From Anaeramoeba ignava BMAN (lineage: Eukaryota; Protista; Anaeramoebae): a stretch of DNA of 64,000 nt. The translations under genes and the position numbers were made by a program. The stretch is from NCBI GenBank assembly GCA_028826165.1, contig JAPDFW010000139.1, forward strand, positions 1-64,000, in the 5' to 3' direction. The notes beneath the pieces were generated by a model. The model worked only from the letters and a program-made list of their open reading frames with translations, was not told where the DNA came from and did no database searches. Shown here in pieces: positions 1 to 13,000 of this stretch; positions within the stretch are counted from its first letter, which is position 1; each line of letters begins with the position of its first letter.

Positions 1-349
1 TTAAAGAAAGAAAAATCAAATTAATTATAGAAATTCAAAAATATTAAAATTAAAATTAATTAAAACAAGATATTACAAATTTTAAATTTATATAAATTAA
101 TTATCAGAAAATCATTTCTTAATATATTTGAAATTATTAATAATATTATCAATTTTCATCTATTAGGAATTATTCAAAATAAAAATAAAAATAATATATT
201 AACTCTTTTTGAAAATTTTAAAAATGAAAAGAATAAAATATCAAATAAAAATCAAAATTTATTTAAAAATATTAAAAAGAAAGAAAATTGAAATAATAAA
301 ATGAATTAAATTCACAAAAATAAATCAATTCTAAATTTAAAATATAATT

Positions 350-3300
350 TATTTATTAATATTAATGAATTAAATAGAATAAATAAAACTCAAAAATTAG
401 AAATAAATTTAAAAATATATTTATAAAATAAAGAATAACAATTTCCATAATACAAGAAATATATTTGAGAAAAAGAATATATTTTTGAAAATTATTATTA
501 ATTTAAGAAATAAATCAAATAGGAATAAAAATATTTATCAAATAATATATATATAAGTAAATATACTCAATAAATTAAAAATTATAATAAAAATATTAAT
601 ATAAATTAAAATAGAAGAATTAAATGTTATTAGAGAATATATGAAATATATAAATCAATATCAAATTATGAATAAAATAAATCAAATAATTGAAAAAAAA
701 TTAGGAAAGGAAATAAAAATATATAATAAGATGAGGATATTTTAATCAAATAAATAAATAAATAAAATTAAAAAAAAACATTTGTAATTTAATACTCAAA
801 TCATATTTAATATTCAAAATAATGTAATAAGAAATATAAATCATTTTTTTTTGGAAATCAAAAATTAAATTAAAAATAAAAATTATCTCAAAAACAAAAA
901 TAAATATTAATCAAGAAGAAAAGAAAAAAAAGAAAAAGAAATATTATCAATCAATAAAATAATAATTTCAAGATATAATAATGAGAAGAATTGAGAAATC
1001 AAAAAAAAATTTAAATCAGAAATCAATTCTCAATATTTCAATAATTAGAAATATAAAAGATAATAAATTTAAGAAAAGAAAATTTATAAATAAAATATAG
1101 ATATAAATAGATAAAAATTAAGATTGGAATTAATTTAACATAATTTAATTCAAAAAGTAAATAATATTGATAAAAATATTTTGAGGAATAAAAATAGATA
1201 ATAAAAATAGATAAATAAATTAATGAATTGAAATGAAAAGAATAATAAAAAGAAAAGAAAAAGATATTATATTTAATAATAAATAAAAATAATTTAAATA
1301 ACTTATTGATGAAATTAAAATACAAGTTAAAAAGAATCAATATTTAAATAAAATAAAATAAAAGAAAATAAAATAATAATCATACAATTTGATATTAAAT
1401 AAATTAAATAAATAATTCCTTATAATAAATTAATAAAAATAATTTAAAATTCAAGAAATAGTTCAATTTATGAATATAATAAGATAAAAATTTATCAAAA
1501 ATTATTATATTATATTATATTATATTGAAAAAGAAAAATTCAAAAATATTATTATTATCAATTTATTAAATAAATAAACAGAATAATGAAAGAATAAATA
1601 AAGAATATGAATCCAAAAGTAATAAATTAAATGTTTTCAAGAAGAATTATGTTTATCTATAAACAATTTATTAATAAGAATATTTATTATTTTTTTTGAA
1701 AGAATATTTGAATAAATTAAATTATTATGAGAATATATCTTGTATAAATAAATTGGATTTTAGAAAAATAATGAATATAAGAATAGAAATTTTAAAGTTA
1801 CAAAATAAATTAATATAAATAAAATAACCTTATATAATAAATATAAATATTCAAAAATATTTTGATATAATTAATTAGAAAATTAATTATAAAAATTATT
1901 ATCAAATTTCATCTAAATATTAATATTATTATTTTAAAACTTCTTAAATAAATATTATAAGGTAAATAAATATTGAATAAATCAGAAAGAGAAATATTAT
2001 TTATCCCTTTTTAATATTTGGAATGATTAATCATTTTATTATTGAAGAGATAAAATTTATTATTGATTATATGATTATATTGATATAAAAATTTTCATAT
2101 ATAGAAATTGTATTTAAAGTTCAAATAATATTAACAACAATTCTTGAAAATTATGAATTAAAATCAAACAAAAATAAAAATAAAAATAAAAAGGAAATAT
2201 TAAATATCTTGAAATTATTCTTAATTCAAATAAATATATTGAAAATAATATTCAAAAAATTCAGAAAAAAACAATTTTTTAATTAATTAATTAAGGTTTA
2301 TAATTAATTTAAATAATATTTCAAATCATTTATAAAATAATTATTTATAAAATAACAATTCTTACATAATTATATTATGTAACAAAAACCCTAATATTAT
2401 TATTAATAAAAAGAAATAATATCAAATAATAAATTTAATTGTTAATAAAAATATTAAATCAAGTTTATATAAAAAAATTAATTTATATTCATATATTTTT
2501 GACTTTTTGAATGAAATAAACATTTCTAATTTCATAATTCAAATAAATATAAGAAGATAGAAAAATAATAGAAAAATTAAAATAAAATTAGAAAATCTTA
2601 ATTCAAGAAATTATATTCAATCTTTATAAATAAGATAGAAATAAGGAATACAAAATAATTCAAAATAATTCAAAAGAATATTTATTTTTAGAAAGATAAA
2701 AAGAAATTAGAATAAATCAAGGATAGAAAAAAAATAACTTATTTAGAAATAATTAAATTATAAACCAAAAAAAATCAAAGAATAAAAAATATCTAAAATA
2801 TCAATAAAAATATATTATTCTTCTAAAATTAATAATTTTCATAAATGGAATCAATAAATATACTTATTAAATGAAAAAAATAATAATATGAAATATATCT
2901 ATGTTATTTAAAGAAAAAGAAAAGAAATATTAAATTATTTTCTTTATTTGTAAATATTAAATTTATCAAGAAATAAGAAATAAATGAATAAAAATCAATT
3001 CATTCAATTAAATAAATAAACAAAAAAAACTAATAAAAGAAATTAACAGAAGGTAAATATATGAAAAAAAATAAACAATAGAATATATTCAGAAGATATT
3101 TGAAATTATATCATAATTTATAGTTAATGGGAAATAGAATATAATATAAGAAAGATAAATAGAAAATGAGAAATAATGAAGAAAATCAAATTCAAAATCA
3201 AATTCAATAATGAGAATAAAATTAATAAGATAAATAATAAGGATAATTCTGAAAATAAAAACAAATTCAAAAATAAAAACAAATTCAAAAAAGAAAGATT

Positions 3301-3570
3301 CAAAGAAAATAAATTATAACAAATAAAATAAATCTAAGAAAGGATATAAAGAATATTTGGAAATATTAATTAACAAAGATATCAGAATTAGAGTTGGAAT
3401 CAAAATAATGAAAAGAATAATCAGAATATTATACAGATTATTTGATAAATTATTCTTAATTGGAAAGATTAAATAGAATATGATTATAAAAATTAATTTA
3501 AAAATGAATTATTCCATTTTCCTTTATTTTCTTTTTATCAAAATTACTTTAAAAAAAACATAAAAAAAAC
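350..3570 (+). mobile_element. Heavily decayed non-LTR (L1/Tx1-like) retrotransposon ORF2 relic: APE endonuclease, RT, CCHC knuckle
   Basis: Degenerate motifs in canonical order: NINELN 358-375 (NxNGLN), ISIIQEIYL 441-467 (xxxQETH), SNH 796-804 then WK at 852 (SDH...WK), *IGF/RK about 1749-1767 (QxGFR), INIQKYFDII 1843-1872 (xDxxKAFD), IRKRNIIYPFL 1981-2013 (xRQGxxxSPxL), YELKSNK 2152-2172 (xGLxxN), KYLEII 2202-2219 (KYLG), TIEYIQKIFE 3075-3104 (ETxxH...C). A-rich tail near 3550-3570. Many stops and frameshifts. Confidence 0.75.
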
Positions 3571-4079
3571 ATGTAGAAATCTCACTTATGATTTTCTTAA
3601 TAAAATCAAAAATCAAAATCTTATTTGATATTTCCCCAATTTCAAATTAAATTAAATTAAATTAAATTAAATTTATTTTTAGATTATTTTTTTTTCAAAT
3701 GAATTAAATAAATATTATTTTATTTGGGAAATTTGTTTTTGTTTTTATTCAAAAGAAAAATCAAAAAAAATGTTTATTTTTACATACTATTTTTTTTTCA
3801 AAATAAAAACAAATTTTTCATTCAATAAATAATTCATTTTTTTTAAAAAAAGAAAAAAAGGAAAAAAAAGAAAAGGAAATTTTGATTTTGATTTATTTTT
3901 ACTCCCTATTATAAATAATTTAATATTATTCAATTTAAAATAAAAAATGATTATTTTTGATATTTATTTATTATTTAAATAAAATAATTTTAATTTTAAT
4001 TGTAATTTTAATTGTTTTTGTTTTTGTTTTTTGAATAATAAAAATGTAATTTAAATTGAAAAAATTTTTATTATTTTAC

Positions 4080-7000
4080 ATCTTGTTTATTCCAATCAAC
4101 TCCTAATTTAATAAAAAGATTAAAAAGATCCTTATTAATTGGTTTCTTTTGTGCAAAATAATGTAATAAAGTTGCTCCATTCTTTTTTATTTTTGTTTTT
4201 AAATTTAATATTGGAAAAAACAAAATAATTCAAAAATGGAAAAGAATTAAAATAAATTATTCATAATTTAAATAATAAAAATGAGTTAATAAATTAAGAA
4301 CTAATTGTTGTTAATTTTAATCAAAAAAATAATTCAAACCTTCTTTTTCTAAATTTATTTTTTAAAAATTAAATTAAATTAAATTAAAAATGTTTTTGTT
4401 TTGTTTTTGTTTTTATTTGGATTACATAATCTGATTTGTTAAATTCATCTTTCAATAGCTTTAATTCCTTTTCAATTTCAAGGTTGTTGATCTTTAAATT
4501 TGTAAAATTTTTTTGTTAAAATTAAATAATAAATCAAAATATATTAATTTTTTTTTTCAAAATAATCATAAATATTAATTTAATATATTTTAATAATAAT
4601 TTCTTTTTTTTTAAAATTTAATTATTTACTGGCTATTTAATAAATTGAATAATAAATAATTAAATAATTAAATATTTAAGAAAAAAAGAATTGTGAAGAA
4701 AAAAATTGGCAAAAAAAAAGATATTTACTTCCTATTTATTTTATGAATAATTGTTTTTGATTTAATAAATATTTAAATATTTTATGAATAAATTAAAATA
4801 ATTAGGTTTAAAAAAAGGAAAAAAATATTTAATTTTTAAATTCCACAAATGAACAAAATGGCAAGGAAAATATATTTACTTCCTATTTATTAAATAATAA
4901 ATAATTTATAAATAAATAAATAAAAAAAGAATTGAGCATAAAAAAAAAGGAGAGAATATTTATTTTGAAATTTCTCAAATTAAAAAAATTGGGAAAATAA
5001 GAAAAAATGGGAAATGAAAATATATATTTACTTTCTATTTATTTTATAAATAATTTTCATTTTTTATTTTGAGAATTATTTTTGTTTTTAAATATATTAA
5101 TTTACAGGCTATTTTGTTTTTATTAAATAATTTTCAATTCAAATTATTTAAAATAAATTTATTAATTTAAAAAAATAATTACTGGCTATTTTTATTTGAA
5201 TGAAAATTAATTAATTAGTTTTGGAAATAAATATATTAATAATTAATAAATTAGAGATTAATTAAATTCAAATTATATTTTTTATTTAAATTTGAAAAAT
5301 ATTAATTTGAAATAAAATTACTTGTATTCGAGAAAGTAAATCTTTTTTCTCTTTTTAATAATTCTTTTTTGTTTCTTTGATTTTTCCTTTCGATCAAGTT
5401 CTTTTTGATTCCTTTAAGTTCTTTAGCATTCTCTTTGTTTTTAATTCTGCTTCTTTCTTGGTTAATTCTTTTCTTTCTTTGATTTTCTTTCTTTTCTTTA
5501 GCGTTCTTCTTTTCCATCTTTCCTAAATCTTTTTCTTTCTTTTCTTAAATCGGTTTCCTTTTTCCTAAATCTTCTTTTTCTTGGTTTTTTTTTGTTTTTC
5601 TTTTTGTTTGTTACTTAATTGATCTTCTTTTGAACTTAATTCTGCTTCCTTCTTGGTTAAACTTTTTGTTTTTCTTTTCATTTTCTTTCTTTTCTTGTTT
5701 TAAGTTGTCTTTGTCCTGAATTAATTTTTGTTCCTTAGCTTGGATAGAAGTTTTGATCTATTTGTTTTTATTTTTGTTTTTGTTTTTGTTTTTGTTTTTG
5801 TTTTTGTTTTTGTTTTTGTTTTTGTTTTTGTTTTTGTTTTTGTTTTTGTTTTTGTTTTTGTTTTTGTTTTTATTTTTGTTTTTTGTTTTTATTTTTGTTT
5901 TTGTTTTTGTTTTTATTTTTGTTTTTATTTTTGTTTTTATTTTTATTTTTGTTTGTTTTTGTTTTTGTTTTTATTTTTATTTTTATTTTTATTTTTGTTT
6001 TTGTTTTTAATTTCAAAATAAATGAAATTACATGGTGATTGTAGATTTCAACAACAGTTTCAAAAGGAAAAAAAGAGAATTTCTGAATTTGATACATTTG
6101 ATAATCTGAAATTGGATAAAGATATTGAATATGTTCCAATAATTGAAAAATGGATTTATAAAATGGAATTTGTAGATTCTTTAAATGTAGTTTGGAATAT
6201 TCTCGTTGAGGTTTCAATTCGTTGTATTTGAACCATTCAATAACTAAACCTGGAATTAATTTAAGTTTATTGGTTGTTTTGTTTAAAAGCATCATTTCAA
6301 TAAAGCAAATAACTTCATGTTGATTGATTTTTTGAACTTGATTTGATTGAATCATTTGGTCAATATTCTGAGTTAATAAATCTCCACAAGATTGAATAAG
6401 AAAATCTGATGAAATTCTTTTAGATTTAGAATATACATCAACTAAGTTATCTTGATTTAATGATTGTTGAATATCTTTTTCAATTTTGATTTTGAGTTTT
6501 GGTAATATTAGTTTATCAGCTAATTTGTGATAAGAATCAAAAGATTGTTGAGGAATTTTAATTTCTCCAGTATACAAAAAACCCATAACAGGATCAACAA
6601 TTCCATATTCAAATTCAGCGAAATTGATTATCTCCAAATCTTTTTGTCGGAATAATGAATGGAAAAATTGGCTTCTCGAACTTAAAATTAATTTATGGCA
6701 ACGAAATTCTTTTAGATTTTTACCACAAATTATTGTAAAATCAGAAAGGGCTGCTTCAGTTTTCAATAAAGCTTTGAGGTCTATCGTACATTCATCAGAA
6801 AGTAAAGCATCAAGTTGATTGTTTGGTAAATTCAATAAGTTTGTATTCATTGAATTTGTATTCATTGCATTTGTATTCATTGTGTTTGTATTCATTGTGT
6901 TTGTATTCATTGTGTTTGTATTCATTGTGTTTGTATTCATTGTGTTTGTATTCATTGTGTTTGTATTCATTGTGTTTGTATTCATTGTGTTTGTATTCAT

Positions 7001-7210
7001 TGTGTTTGTATTCATTGCATTTGTGTTCATTGCATTTGTATTCATTGCATTTGTATTCATTGAATTTGTGTTCATTGTGTTTGTATTCATTGCATTTGTA
7101 TTCATTGTGTTTGTATTCATTGTGTTTGTATTCATTGTTTTTGTGTTCATTGTGTTTGTATTCATTGTGTTTGTATTCATTGTGTTTGTATTCATTGTGT
7201 TTGTATTCAT
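4080..7210 (-). CDS. BTB/POZ(-BACK) + coiled-coil + ankyrin-repeat protein, multi-exon, 3' end not found
   Basis: Exons 7210-6032 (MNTNT repeats, then BTB: SDFTIICG..FRCHKLILSSRSQFF..FLYTG), 5757-5322 (K/E coiled coil with homopolymer indels), 4491-4426 (INNLEIEKELKLLKDEFNKSDY), 4181-4080 (NGATLLHYFAQKKPINKDLFNLFIKLGVDWNKQD, ankyrin-like). All have AG/GT borders. Linkage of the downstream exons is inferred. Confidence 0.7.
4620..5200. repeat. Degenerate tandem repeat, about 151-152 bp period, inside an intron of the BTB-ankyrin gene
   Basis: ATATTTACTT(C/T)CTATTTATT at 4721, 4872 and 5024; TTAC(T/A)GGCTATTT also recurs three times. Confidence 0.6.
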
Positions 7211-7215
7211 TGTGT
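6839..7215 (-). repeat. 15-bp coding tandem repeat (MNTNT x about 25)
   Basis: TTGTATTCATTGTGT unit on the + strand. Confidence 0.95.
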
Positions 7216-8449
7216 TTGTGTTTTTGTTTTTGTTTAAAAAAAAATGAAAAAAAAATGAAAAAAAAATTTTTTTTTAATTTATATTTTTCCTATTTACTCT
7301 TATATCAAATTTAATAATAAATAATTTAAGTTCCTTATTTAAATAATTTAAATTTAATTTCAAAAAAATAAATTATTAAAGGTTTTTTTGATTAAAAATT
7401 TAATTAAATAATTTTTTTTTAAAATTTTTTAATTTAAAATTAGTTTTGATTCTTTTTAAAAAATAATTAAATTAAATTATAAATCAATTTAATGAAAAAA
7501 AATTAAATAAATTTCCTTTCTCTTCATATATTTACTTGTTATTATTATTGTTATTTTTTTTATTAAATTTTTTTTTCCGATTTTTTATTTATTTTTTTTT
7601 ATTTCATTTTTAATTAAAAAATTAACATAAATTATCATTTAAAAAAAAATTTTGAATTAAAACTTAATATTATCTTAAAAGTTAATGAATTAAAATTATT
7701 AAAATAGAGTTTTTTTCTTATTAAAATTATGTCTAATTTATCAAGCCTTTTGTTATATATTTTTTAAATATAATTTTTTTAATTAATTTTATTCTATTTC
7801 TTTTTTTCTCATAATTTTATTTCAGAAATTATTCAAGAAGTTTATTATTATTTGATTATTTTCCTCTTTTTTCTTTTTATTATTCATTTTGCTTCTTTTT
7901 ATTCATTTTTTATCAATTTTTCATTTTTAGATTATTTTTAATTTTTATTTTATTATTTTTTTTAATTTTAATTTGGATTTTTTATTTTGATTTTTCTTAT
8001 AAAAAATTTAATAAAATAAAAATTAATTTTTTTTCATTTTTCATTTAAAATTTTTTTTCATTTTTTTCATTTTTTATTCCTTTATTAATTTTAATTTATT
8101 TATAATAAAATGAATGTATCAATGTTTATAAATAAGTTTTTGTGATTATTTATTTATATTTTAAATTAATTTCAATTTATTCAAATTGGGATTTCTTATT
8201 TAAAAAACAAAAAATAAAAACAATTTTCCTTTTTTTATTTAATTAATTAAACTTATTTTTGTTTTTGAATTTGTTTTAAAAAGAATAATTTAATATTATA
8301 ACAAATAAATTTAATATTATTAATTATTCATATAAATGAGAATTTTTGTAATCTTTAATCAAAATTAAAATCAAAATTAAAATTGAAATTAAAAAATTAA
8401 TCAAAAAATGGAAAATAAAAACTAATAAGAAAATGGAAAAGAAGTTTTA

Positions 8450-9950
8450 AAATCATTTCTTAATTAATTTTATTGCAAAATAATAAATAAATTATAATTA
8501 AAAATTAAATTAAATTTTTATCTAATTTTTGTTTTAATTTTATTTCGTTATTTTTAATAATAATAATTAAATATTAATAATAAATTCTTTTTTAAATTAT
8601 TTCTTAATTAATTTTATTGCAAAATAGTAAACTAATTATTATTAAAAATTAAGTTAAATTTTTATCTAATTTTTGTTTCAAATTTATTTCTTTAATTTTT
8701 AATAATATTAATTTAATATTAATAATAAATTCTTTTTAAAATCATTTCTTTAATTAATTTTATTGCAAAATAATAAATAAATTATAATTAAAAATTAAAT
8801 TAAATTTTTATCTAATTTTTGTTTCAATTTTATTTCTTTATTTTTATTAATATTAATTTAATATTAATAATAACGAAAAGTTTTAAAATCATTTTTGATT
8901 AATTTTATTACAAAATAATAAATTAATTATAATTAAAAATTAAATTAAATTTTTATCTAATTTTTGTTTCAAATTTATTTCATTATTTTTAATAATAATA
9001 ATTTAATATTAATAATAAATTCTTTTTAAAATTATTTCTTAATTAATTTTAATGCAAAATAATAAATTAATTATAATTAAAAATTAAATTAAATATTTAT
9101 CTAATTTTTGTTTTAAATTTATTTCTTTATTTTTAATAATAATAATTTAATATTAATAATAAATTCTTTTTAAAATTATTTCTTAATTAATTTTATTGCA
9201 AAATAATAAATAAATTATAATTAAAAATTAAATTAAATATTTATCTAATTTTTGTTTCAATTTTATTTCTTTATTTTTAATAATATTTAATTTAATATTA
9301 ATAATAAATCCTTTTTAAAATCATTTCTCAATTAATTTTATTGCAAAATAATAAATAAATTATAATTAAAAATTAAATCAAATTTTTATCTAATTTTTGT
9401 TTCAAATTTATTTCTTTATTTTTAATAATATTAATTTAATATTAATAATAAATTCTTTTTAAAATCATTTCTTAATTAATTTTTATTGCAAAATAATAAA
9501 TAAATTATAATTAAAAATTAAATTAAATTTTTATATCTAATTTTTTTTCAAATTTATTTCATTATTTTTAATAATATTAATTTAATATTAATAATAAATT
9601 CTTTTTAAAAATCATTTTCAATTAATTTTATTACAAAATATTAAATTAATTATAATTAAAAATTAAATTAAATTTTTATCTAATTTTTGTTTTAAATTTA
9701 TTTCTTTATTTTTAATAATATTATTTAATATTAATAATAAATTCTTTTTTAAAATCATTTCTTAATTAATTTTATTGCAAAATAATAAATTAATTATAAT
9801 TAAAAATTAAGTAAAATTTTTATTTAATTTTTGTTTCAAATTTATTTCTTTATTTTTAATAATATTAATTTAATATTAATAATAAATCCTTTTTTAAAAT
9901 CATTTCTCAATTAATTTTATTGCAAAATAGTAAATTAATTATAATTAAAA
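8450..9950. repeat. Minisatellite, about 145-bp unit x about 11, between divergent genes
   Basis: Anchor TATTGCAAAA (or one-base variant) at 8471, 8615, 8761, 8906, 9050, 9194, 9339, 9484, 9629, 9773, 9918. Confidence 0.95.
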
Positions 9951-10036
9951 AATTTTTTTTTTCTCAATTTTTTTTTTTTCATTTTTTAACTTTTTTAAAT
10001 TTTTTTTTTGGATTGATTTATTTTTTTTTTTAATAA

Positions 10037-13000
10037 ATGAGTGATATTAACGAACCAGATCTTAAACAAAACGATCAAAATCAAGACAAAAATAAAGAAA
10101 TCAATAAAGAAAAAGATAAAGAAAAAGAAATTCCAGATGATTTCCAAGATTTTGAAATTCCTCTAATTGAAAAAAAAAATGAACAAAATGAAACAAATGA
10201 AAAAAAATCAAAAACAACAGAAACGGAAACGGAAACCGAGATAGAAAACATACCCAAAGAAAACGAAGCAAAAGAAAAAAATCTGAAAGAAGGAAATCGA
10301 GATGAAAAGTCTGAGGATGCTCTTTCTTTAAGTGATTTTGTGGATATTGAGAATCCAAAATTACAAAATGAATTGGAACTTGTTGAATTGCGACCAGAAA
10401 TCCAAAAATTAACAAAACAAGAATCTATTCAAAAAGTGGAATCGCGAAAAAGAACTTCAAAAATCAAGTCTCTTACGATCAAAGATAGTTCTGTTGTTCA
10501 AGTAATTCGAAACAAACGGAATTCTCTTCGAATTGGAACATTAACTTCTTCCAAAAAGGATTCAAATCAAAATCAAAATCAAAATCAAAATCAAAATCAA
10601 ATTCAAAATCAAATTGAAGATCTTGAAAATGAACAAAAAATGGAAATTATTGAACAAGATAAATCAAGACAACAAGCACATCAATATAAAATTTCAAAAA
10701 TGTATAGTAATTATGATCCTGAGCTTGAAGTTTATCGTTTATTACCTTATTGGAAAACGACTATGAGAAAAGTAACACCTAATATTGGGCTTGGAGTTGG
10801 GCTTTTTTTTGGATATTTAGTAAAATCCATTTAAAATCAAATTGAAAATCAAAATCAAAATCAAAATCAAAATCAAAATCAAAATATAAATTAAAATCCA
10901 TTTTGAAAATTAAAATTAAAATCAAAATTAAAATCAAAATTCAAAATCAAAATCAAAATCAAAATCAAAATCAAAATTAAAATCAAAATTAAAATTCATT
11001 TTGAAAATCAAAATCAAAATCAAAATATAAATTAAAATTAAAATCAAAATCAAAATTAAAATCAAAATTAAAATTTAAATTAAAATTAAAATCAAAATTA
11101 AAATCAAAATCAAAATCAAAATCAAAATCAAAATTAAAATTAAAATTAAAATTAAAATCAAAATTAAAATCAAAATTAAAATTAAAATCAAAATCAAAAT
11201 TAAAATTAAAAAAAATCAATTTCAAAATCAAAATCAAAATTAAAATCAAAATTAAAATCAAAATTAAAATTCATTTTGAAAATCAAAATTAAAAAATTCA
11301 GTTTCGAATGATTTTTGTCTTCTTATTAATTATGGGTCTATCAATTCTCAATATGGTTTTGAACACACAAGGAACTGATGAAATAGAGTGTTTAAATTTC
11401 GATACTTATGGCTTCTGGACAGCAACAACACTTGGGAATAATTCAAGTAAAAAAATAAGAAGAAAATTTAATTCCAAAAAAAAAAGAAGAATTCACAATC
11501 CTCTTTTTTTTTTGTTAAATTAAATGATTGAAGGATGTGGTTGGACAGTTTGGAAGCAAGCAGTTGTTCAATTTGCAATTTCTTGGGTGGTTTTATTTTC
11601 TTTTTCTAATCGAATGTCAAGGATATTAAGTGAATATCAAACAATTCATCAACAAGAACATCGAGTTACATCATCTTTTACTATTCATGTTTCGAATCTT
11701 CCTGAAGATGCAACTAACCCAAGAGAAATTAAACAATATTTTTCTGAATGGGGGAAAGTAGTTGATGTGTGTATTGTTTATAATCTTAAGCCGATTTTGA
11801 AGCAATCTTTGGCACTTGAAAAAATGCGAACAAAAGTATGATTTTTATTCAAATCAAAAAATTAATCAAAAAATTAAATCAAATCCAAAAAAAGAAACAA
11901 GAAAAAATTCTTTATAGTCAAGAAGTTATTGACAGTATTGATTCAAGAATTTCTGAAATTGAAGAAAAAATTGAAAAATTAGCAGAGGATTATTATAAAT
12001 GTACTGGCCATTGTTTTGTTACTTATGAAAAAGTATTTGATGCGTCTCGATGCACTTATGCTTTTTCTCATTCCTTTCTTAAAAAGTTGTTGTGTTCATG
12101 TTGTATTAAACTTCCCAAATTTCGGGACAAAATCCAGCTTAAAGTATCAAAAGCACCAGAAATTGAAGATATAATTTGGCAAAATATGCATTTTTCTCGA
12201 AGTCAAAGATTTTGGAGATCAGTTGGAATTAATCTTCTTTGTATCCTTTTAATCTGTGCAAATGGAGCTGTTATTTATTGTGAATTATAATTTTATCATT
12301 TTTAACTGAAAAATTTTAACTGAAAAATTTAACTGAAAAATTCTTATTCTTTTTTTTAGTTTTAAGTCGATATGGATCTAAAAAAAGTCGAAATTTCTTT
12401 TCTTTCCTCATTTCAGTAGCCATTTTAGCTACAAATCGGCTTATTGTTTGGTTAATTGTTAGTAAGTTCAAAAAGAAAAAGCAAAAAAAAAATTTTTGAT
12501 TAAATTTTTATTCCACATTTTTTTAGAGGTTTCAAATTTTACGAAAAAATTAACCAAAACGGAAATTCAAGAATCACAAGTTACGAAGATTTTGTTTCTC
12601 CAGATTATCAATTCAGTGGGAGTTATTTTCTTTTCAGCCGGAACTGGGGATTTTGTTGAGACATATTCATATGCATCAGTTGTGATTATGACACTTATTG
12701 GGGATGCATTATTGCTTCCAGTTTTAAATGTTTTTGGGATTCGGTTTCTGGCGGCTTTTCGGAGATGGAGAGGAAGAAGAAGATCGCATACTCAAGCTAG
12801 GCTGAACAAGTCATATATTCCATCTCAAGTATCTCTTGCTAAACTTTATACGAAAGTTCTTAAAACAATGACTTTGTGTTTTATTTTTATTGGAGCTGTT
12901 CCGTTGGCTGGGATTGCTGGTTTTATTTCTTTGATTCTTAATTTCCTTTTGAATAAGTTGAATGTTTTGAGAACGTGGAGGAATTCAAGTCATTTATCAA

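Noticed and set aside
1038-1340. 100-aa hydrophobic minus-strand ORF resembling an organellar gene
   Set aside because: It is the antisense of the A-rich LINE relic and has no recognisable motif.
8450-9950. CRISPR-like array
   Set aside because: Whole 145-bp units repeat with no unique spacers, there are no cas genes, and the context is eukaryotic.
12241-12250. Perfect U12 donor GTATCCTTTT (also ATATCCTT at 13945)
   Set aside because: Both lie inside continuous coding exons of the channel gene, and no intron is needed there.
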